A stretch of 64,000 nt of DNA. Source: Spirochaetia bacterium (GTDB lineage: Bacteria > Spirochaetota > Spirochaetia > CADAEX01). The first letter of the stretch is position 1. Each line of letters begins with the position of its first letter. The notes under the pieces were generated by a model. It saw only the letters and a list, made by a program, of their open reading frames with translations, was not told the DNA's origin and did not search any database. Positions 58,726-64,000 of this stretch are shown piece after piece. The position numbers and the translations under genes are program-made. The DNA lies in the NCBI GenBank assembly GCA_963662795.1, contig OY759746.1, positions 800,001-864,000 of the forward strand, written 5' to 3'.

Positions 58726-59829
58726 TCAGTCAATTGGTCTTATGTTATCAGGATCATTAATAACATTTTCGTAGAGAGATCTGTATTTATCGCCAAAGGT
58801 TTTAAGAGTATGCCTCTGCAGGATGTATTCCCTTCCCTTCGCCCCCATGTCCCAGAGCTTCGGAATCTCGGCCTTTTTAAGCATCTCATAAAGCTCTTTA
58901 TATTTGCCGGATGTAAACAGAAGACCGGTTTCCCCTTCCTGGATAGCTTCCATGTTGCCTCCGCACCTGGATGCAATTACAGCAGTTCCGCTTGAAAGCG
59001 ATTCTATCGGGATATAGGAAAATGCCTCATCCCACCTGGTTGGAAGAACTGTGACATCAGATTTTGCGTAAAACTCACCCACTTTAGCCGGACTGTCAAG
59101 AAAACCGGCCCAGTTTATCACAGGGTTGCCCTTTGTCCTTTTCATCAGTATGGGTTTAAGTGTTCCGTTTCCGACAATGTTTAGTCTGATTTTTCTCTCT
59201 TCACTCAGTCTGAGGACAACGTTTATAAGTTTATCAATCCCTTTTTCCGGCGTTATCTGCCCTACAAATGTTACCTCAAGTGTATCGTGAGGCTCATAGG
59301 GAACAGGCTTGAAAACCTCAGGATTAACCCCGGCATAAAGAAGGACTATTTTCCCCTTCGGAACACCTCCGATCTCCTCAAGCTGGGCTTTTACAAATTT
59401 GCTTATTGCAACATAACATTTTGCGTCTGTAAAATTTCGTCTGGATGCCAGAAAAAATGCATTCATCCATTTATCAATCATATATTTTCGTGATCCTACA
59501 GACATGTGAAATGTACAGATCAGCGGCGCTTTCAGGGAGGTGCGGAATCTTGAAATGTTAAAATCAAGCCGACCTGAAGGGTGATGATGATGAAGTATAT
59601 CCGGGCTGAATTCAAGCAGCTTTTCTTCTACTTCGGTAACACTCCTTGCCCAGGGTATTATTCCGCCTATAAGATATGATTTCGGCTCATATACCGGGAT
59701 TCTCTGCTTGGTCCATTTTGCTTCACTTACTATTAAAGTTTCATCGCCGGTTTTGTCAAAAGAGTTATATAAATTCAAGGCGTAAGAAGCAATACCTCTT
59801 ACGCCGCTGTGAATATGCGCAATTTTCAT
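58726..59829 (-). CDS. GT4 glycosyltransferase
   Basis: FVGQITPEKG, WDEAFSYIPIESL, ETGLLF. Confidence 0.88.
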   Translation of the reverse strand: MKIAHIHSGVRGIASYALNLYNSFDKTGDETLIVSEAKWTKQRIPVYEPKSYLIGGIIPWARSVTEVEEKLLEFSPDILHHHHPSGRLDFNISRFRTSLKAPLICTFHMSVGSRKYMIDKWMNAFFLASRRNFTDAKCYVAISKFVKAQLEEIGGVPKGKIVLLYAGVNPEVFKPVPYEPHDTLEVTFVGQITPEKGIDKLINVVLRLSEERKIRLNIVGNGTLKPILMKRTKGNPVINWAGFLDSPAKVGEFYAKSDVTVLPTRWDEAFSYIPIESLSSGTAVIASRCGGNMEAIQEGETGLLFTSGKYKELYEMLKKAEIPKLWDMGAKGREYILQRHTLKTFGDKYRSLYENVINDPDNIRPID

Positions 59830-59854
59830 GCCTTAAATTATCAGAAAAAGCAGT

Positions 59855-60928
59855 TCACGTCAACAAATAGTGAACAATCTCGTTGTGAAGTTCGAGGTCA
59901 ATTATTGATCCCGGATCATACATCCTCATCCTGTCGGGATGGGTTTCGCTGAATGTCAGGGGCTGTCCTCCTGCCTCAATTTCATACTCAATCGCGTTCC
60001 CGAGATAAAGAGAGCGTTTCACTTTGGCTTTCAGAGTTCCTGTACCATTCACGGCAATCGACAAAAGCTCCGGCCGCAAAACCAGTGTTACTTTTTTCCC
60101 CGCGTCAAGTTTATCTTTGGTGTTTATTTCAACACTGCTGCCGAGGCAGTCTACTGTTGCCCGCCCCCCGCTGCTTTTTGATACTTTTCCCTCAACAAAA
60201 TTCGCCCGGCCGATAAAGTTGGCGACAAACCTTGAATTGGGGTAGCGGTAAATTTCCTGCGGCGGACCGATCTGCTCTATGACACCCTTATTCATTACAA
60301 CTACCTGATCAGACAAAGTCATCGCCTCAATCTGATCATGAGTAACATATATACTTGTGATTCCGAGAGTCTGCTGTATTCTTCTGATCTCTGTTCTCAT
60401 CTGCTCCCTGAGCTTTGCGTCAAGGTTGGAAAGAGGCTCATCAAGAAGAAGAACTTTAGGTTCAAGAACAAGCGCCCTTGCAAGTGCGACACGCTGCTGC
60501 TGGCCGCCTGAAAGCTGGTTAGGAGCTCTTGTCGCAAATCCTGTCAGGTCTACAAGCTCAAGGACCTTACCTACTCTTCTTTCAATTTCACTTTTGGATG
60601 CTTTCTGGACATTAAGACCGTACGCAATATTTTCAAACACATTAAGGTGCGGAAATATTGCGTAACTCTGAAATACCATCGACATCCCCCTCATATGGGT
60701 AGGAAGTTCTGTAATATCAGTTCCGTCAAGTATTATTTTTCCCGCTGACGGGACTTCAAATCCGCCGATAAGACGGAGTGTGGTTGTTTTTCCGCAGCCG
60801 GAAGGGCCGAGCAAAGTTACAAGCTCGCCCTTTTTTATATTCAGTGTTACATCATTAACCGCAGTAACCTCTGAGACTCCCCCCCGGGGTGGAAATACTT
60901 TCATTACATTTTCAAGGTTAAGATACAT
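59855..60928 (-). CDS. ABC transporter ATPase (FbpC/AfuC-like)
   Basis: GPSGCGKT, LSGGQQQR, LLLDEPLSNLD, C-terminal TOBE-like region. Confidence 0.93.
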   Translation of the reverse strand: MYLNLENVMKVFPPRGGVSEVTAVNDVTLNIKKGELVTLLGPSGCGKTTTLRLIGGFEVPSAGKIILDGTDITELPTHMRGMSMVFQSYAIFPHLNVFENIAYGLNVQKASKSEIERRVGKVLELVDLTGFATRAPNQLSGGQQQRVALARALVLEPKVLLLDEPLSNLDAKLREQMRTEIRRIQQTLGITSIYVTHDQIEAMTLSDQVVVMNKGVIEQIGPPQEIYRYPNSRFVANFIGRANFVEGKVSKSSGGRATVDCLGSSVEINTKDKLDAGKKVTLVLRPELLSIAVNGTGTLKAKVKRSLYLGNAIEYEIEAGGQPLTFSETHPDRMRMYDPGSIIDLELHNEIVHYLLT

Positions 60929-60938
60929 TATTTACCTC

Positions 60939-63230
60939 CTATGCGCCCCAGGTGATATCTATACCACCACGCCGCCTGATCATTTTTCCTGTTATAAAAT
61001 AAAGAATACTTATTGCGATAAGTACAAAGAAAATTATTAGAGTTGAGTATGCCGCGGCCATGCTTATTCCCCCCTGCTCCCACTCGCTTAAAATAGATGC
61101 TGTTACTATTCTCCACTTGGGACTGACGAGAAACAGGATCGCGGAAAGGCTGGTCATATGTCTTGTAAAACTGAAAATCATCCCCGCGACCATGGCAGGC
61201 ATAATAAGAGGGAGAGTTACCTTGCGGAATGTATACCTTGCGTCCGCACCCATTATGGAAGAAGCTTCTTCCATGGAAGGGTCAATCTGCTGCAAAGAAG
61301 CTATACCCGATCTTACAGAAGCAGGAAGGCTTCTTACTGCGAATGCTGCAAGAATAATATAAGGGGAACCGACAAGTGCAAGCGGTTTGCCCGCAAAAAT
61401 AAGCGCGACTGAGCAGCCTGTCATTACAGCAAGGTTAACGCTGACCCCTTTACCCCTAGATCTTTTTTCAACCGCTATCATAACAGCCATAATCATTAAG
61501 ATACATCCCAGAATCGGGTGAGGCAGCTGGAAGAACAGTTTTATGTAATCCGGAAGCTGGGTCATGGCATTCTTAAATACCCCTGACGGTATGGTTTTAT
61601 TCATGTCTACGATCGGATAAATTACATATTCGATAAGACCGTAAGTTGAAAGGTACAGGCCCATAAACACATACCTTAATCCGGCTTTTCTGTTTTTCCG
61701 GACAAGTTCGGCAATCCCTGAAAGCAGCACTATGGCGGCTACTACATAAACCATCAGCAGTGTTACACTCATAAGTTCAAGATAATGAAGAGCATATGCT
61801 ATCAGAATACCGGCAGCCCCGGTTATGAGCCGCTTCTTTGTGTCAGAAAGCGATACACCCAGAGCAAACAGCAGCATGACTACGAAAAGAAGGTATACCA
61901 GCAGCCTTGGAGAGGTACTGAACGCAAGGACAAAGCCTATACCGAGAATTGTTCCCGGTACTGCACCGCCGAGATTTGAAGTAAAATCAACAACTTCCTT
62001 TCCCATGAACTTTTTACGTACAACAAGAAATGCGACAACCATTCCGAGAAGGACCGCAATAGGAGTCGCTATAATACTCAGGAAGGTCGTATCAAGGATT
62101 GATTCAATTCCGCGGGCGAACATCTGTTTCCACCACTCAAGGCTGAATGAATAATCAAGCCCCCATGCCTTGCTGAAAGAACCGTAAATAATCGCTATAT
62201 AGAGTATCAGAATCAGGATACAGACAATATATGTTGTAACTATAAAAGGCCACCTGATCCACCCTTCCTTTTCCTCCATTATTCCGCCGGTCGGTTTTCC
62301 TGTTACAGATACATATGACCTTCTTGAAACATAATATCTCTGTACCAGAAAAATTATCAGTGTAGGGATAAGAAGGACAACAGATAATGCTGATGCCTTC
62401 TGGTAATCATATTCACCTGCTATGGCAAGGAATATCTGGGCTGAGAGGACAGTAGTATTGCCCGATATAAACAGAGGGTTTCCAAGGTCTGCAAGCGATT
62501 CAACAAAAAGGAGAAGAAACGCCCCTGCGATTCCCGGGATAAGCAGCGGTATGGTTACTGTCCTGAAAATATGTATTTTCCCTGCTCCCATGCTCCGTGC
62601 GGCCTCTTCCATGGAAGGATCAAGCCGTTCAAGCATTGCCCGCATGATAAGATACGCGACAGAAAAGAATGTAATAATCTGGACAAAAACAAGACCGTCC
62701 ATTCCATAAAGATCGTTTGATCCCTGGGGAAACTGCATACCAAGCAGGCCCCTTGAGATAAGCCCGTTTCTCCCGAACAGAAGGATGGAACTCAGCGCCA
62801 ACGCAAAAGGGGGCGATACAGTAGGGACAAGAGCAAGGATATGGACAAACTTTTTCCCCGGTACACGGCATCTGACAATAGTATAGGCAAATATAAATCC
62901 GAGAAGTGTTCCTCCGGAAGCAGTCAGAAGGCCCATTCGGAGAGTATCGGCAAAGATTCTTCTTGCAGTAGGTCCGTAATAAGAGTCAAAATATCTGTAA
63001 AAAAATTGCAGATTAAAATTACCCTGAGTATCGACAAAACCGTTAATGGCGGTCTTCATTATCGGATAAACAATAAATGCTATAAGAAAAAGCGAGCTTA
63101 AAAGCAGACTGAGAGCCAGGATATGATCCCGGAAAATCAGACTGAATTCCTGTATTCTCTGCTTAAGAGGGGAAACCCTTCTCATCCGGTTCTGCTGAAC
63201 ATCTGATGACATAAAATCCTCCATGTACAT
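60939..63230 (-). CDS. ABC permease (FbpB/AfuB-like) with two EAA loops and a large hydrophobic insert
   Basis: SMEEAARSMGA and SMEEASSIMGA. Confidence 0.9.
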   Translation of the reverse strand: MYMEDFMSSDVQQNRMRRVSPLKQRIQEFSLIFRDHILALSLLLSSLFLIAFIVYPIMKTAINGFVDTQGNFNLQFFYRYFDSYYGPTARRIFADTLRMGLLTASGGTLLGFIFAYTIVRCRVPGKKFVHILALVPTVSPPFALALSSILLFGRNGLISRGLLGMQFPQGSNDLYGMDGLVFVQIITFFSVAYLIMRAMLERLDPSMEEAARSMGAGKIHIFRTVTIPLLIPGIAGAFLLLFVESLADLGNPLFISGNTTVLSAQIFLAIAGEYDYQKASALSVVLLIPTLIIFLVQRYYVSRRSYVSVTGKPTGGIMEEKEGWIRWPFIVTTYIVCILILILYIAIIYGSFSKAWGLDYSFSLEWWKQMFARGIESILDTTFLSIIATPIAVLLGMVVAFLVVRKKFMGKEVVDFTSNLGGAVPGTILGIGFVLAFSTSPRLLVYLLFVVMLLFALGVSLSDTKKRLITGAAGILIAYALHYLELMSVTLLMVYVVAAIVLLSGIAELVRKNRKAGLRYVFMGLYLSTYGLIEYVIYPIVDMNKTIPSGVFKNAMTQLPDYIKLFFQLPHPILGCILMIMAVMIAVEKRSRGKGVSVNLAVMTGCSVALIFAGKPLALVGSPYIILAAFAVRSLPASVRSGIASLQQIDPSMEEASSIMGADARYTFRKVTLPLIMPAMVAGMIFSFTRHMTSLSAILFLVSPKWRIVTASILSEWEQGGISMAAAYSTLIIFFVLIAISILYFITGKMIRRRGGIDITWGA

Positions 63231-63250
63231 ATAATAAAACTCATGGCAGT

Positions 63251-63307
63251 AAAAAAAGCCTGTTCACCGGAGCACTTGATAATTGAGTGTTATCCGCATG
63301 AACAGGC
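63251..63307 (-). terminator. Intercistronic hairpin plus U-tract between the binding protein and the permease
   Basis: gcctgttca/tgaacaggc stem followed by T7 on the minus strand. Confidence 0.7.
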
Positions 63308-63324
63308 CTTTCATTCAGCAGCTA

Positions 63325-64000
63325 CTATTTTTTAAGGTTATCAGCACCTGCAAGTTCGTTGGAAAATTTATCTATAAATTCTTTTTTATGATCGCCTGCC
63401 CACTGAAAATCGTAGGGGATGAGTTTTACCTGAAGAAGTTCAGGATGTGAAAGTTCAACACCTTTTACAGTTGGAGCCTGGTATGCCTTGTATTTCGGCC
63501 CGAGAGACTGTGCTTCAGCTGTAAGGGCCCAGTCAAACCATTTTTTCGCATTGGCAATATTTTTGCCGTTTGCAAGAATGCCCATTCCGCCGATCTCGTA
63601 GCCTGTCCCTTCTTTCGGGAAAGTAAGTTCAAGAGGAAGTTTATTATCGTCAATTTCGTGTACAATATCATGTGAGAAAACTATACCGACAGCGGCTTCG
63701 CCCTGTCCTACAAATTTGGCAGGAGCTGCGCCTGACTTTGTAAACTGGTGGACCTGACCGGCATATTTGCGGAGGTATTCCCATCCTTTTTCCTCTCCCC
63801 GGATCTGGAGTACTGTCGCAAGCGCTGTATAGGATGTTCCTGAAGTTGAAGGATGGGCAACAAGGATCTGTCCTTTCAGTTTCGGATCAAGAAGATCATC
63901 CCATGATGTAGGAGCTTTTGCTCCCGGGTTAGCTGCAAGCCAGTTTTTGTTTGTACAGAAAGCAAGTGATCCTACATAGATTCCTACATAATAATCGTCT
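63325..64000 (-). CDS. ABC substrate-binding protein, AfuA-like (5' end beyond window end)
   Basis: Frame open to the window end: PTSWDDLLDP...PSTSGTSY...KSGAAPA...FSHD...GTGYEIGG. Confidence 0.88.
   Translation of the reverse strand, partial: DDYYVGIYVGSLAFCTNKNWLAANPGAKAPTSWDDLLDPKLKGQILVAHPSTSGTSYTALATVLQIRGEEKGWEYLRKYAGQVHQFTKSGAAPAKFVGQGEAAVGIVFSHDIVHEIDDNKLPLELTFPKEGTGYEIGGMGILANGKNIANAKKWFDWALTAEAQSLGPKYKAYQAPTVKGVELSHPELLQVKLIPYDFQWAGDHKKEFIDKFSNELAGADNLKK

Noticed and set aside
1-64000. tRNA, rRNA, IS elements, integrases, prophage or defence systems
   Set aside because: None recognised; intergenic gaps are short and the long ORFs are accounted for as other families

Overview
Gene-dense, AT-rich bacterial chromosome segment. 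It is most likely from an anaerobic free-living Spirochaetota member, judged from the rpmE-rho-bactofilin-lnt-hbb-rpsT neighbourhood, the surE and TPR/NHL protein, and the M23-bactofilin-DUF327-PSP1 block. Housekeeping content: rpmE, rho, rpsT, hbb/HU, lnt, tatD, dusB, purFMNDE, rlmB, zwf-pgl, a split B12-dependent methionine synthase, an acyl-CoA ligase, an orphan trpB, fluC, slyD, a ROK kinase and prfA-prmC-rel. Accessory blocks: a pfkB-SPS/SPP-sucrose synthase operon; glf with two Wzi-like barrels and a GT4; and an AfuABC-like transporter cut by the window end. The most novel-looking element is a five-gene operon at 40727-44728: cstA, a small hydrophobic protein, a single-domain Get3/ArsA-type ATPase, a protein resembling eukaryotic CCDC47/DUF1682, and a DUF59-like CxxC protein. 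Also found: an unlisted 56-aa zinc-ribbon ORF upstream of rpsT, two in-frame tandem repeats in neighbouring divergent genes, a degenerate galactokinase and a candidate sigma28 promoter. No rRNA, tRNA, CRISPR array or mobile element was recognised. All family calls come from motif recognition by eye, with no database searches.
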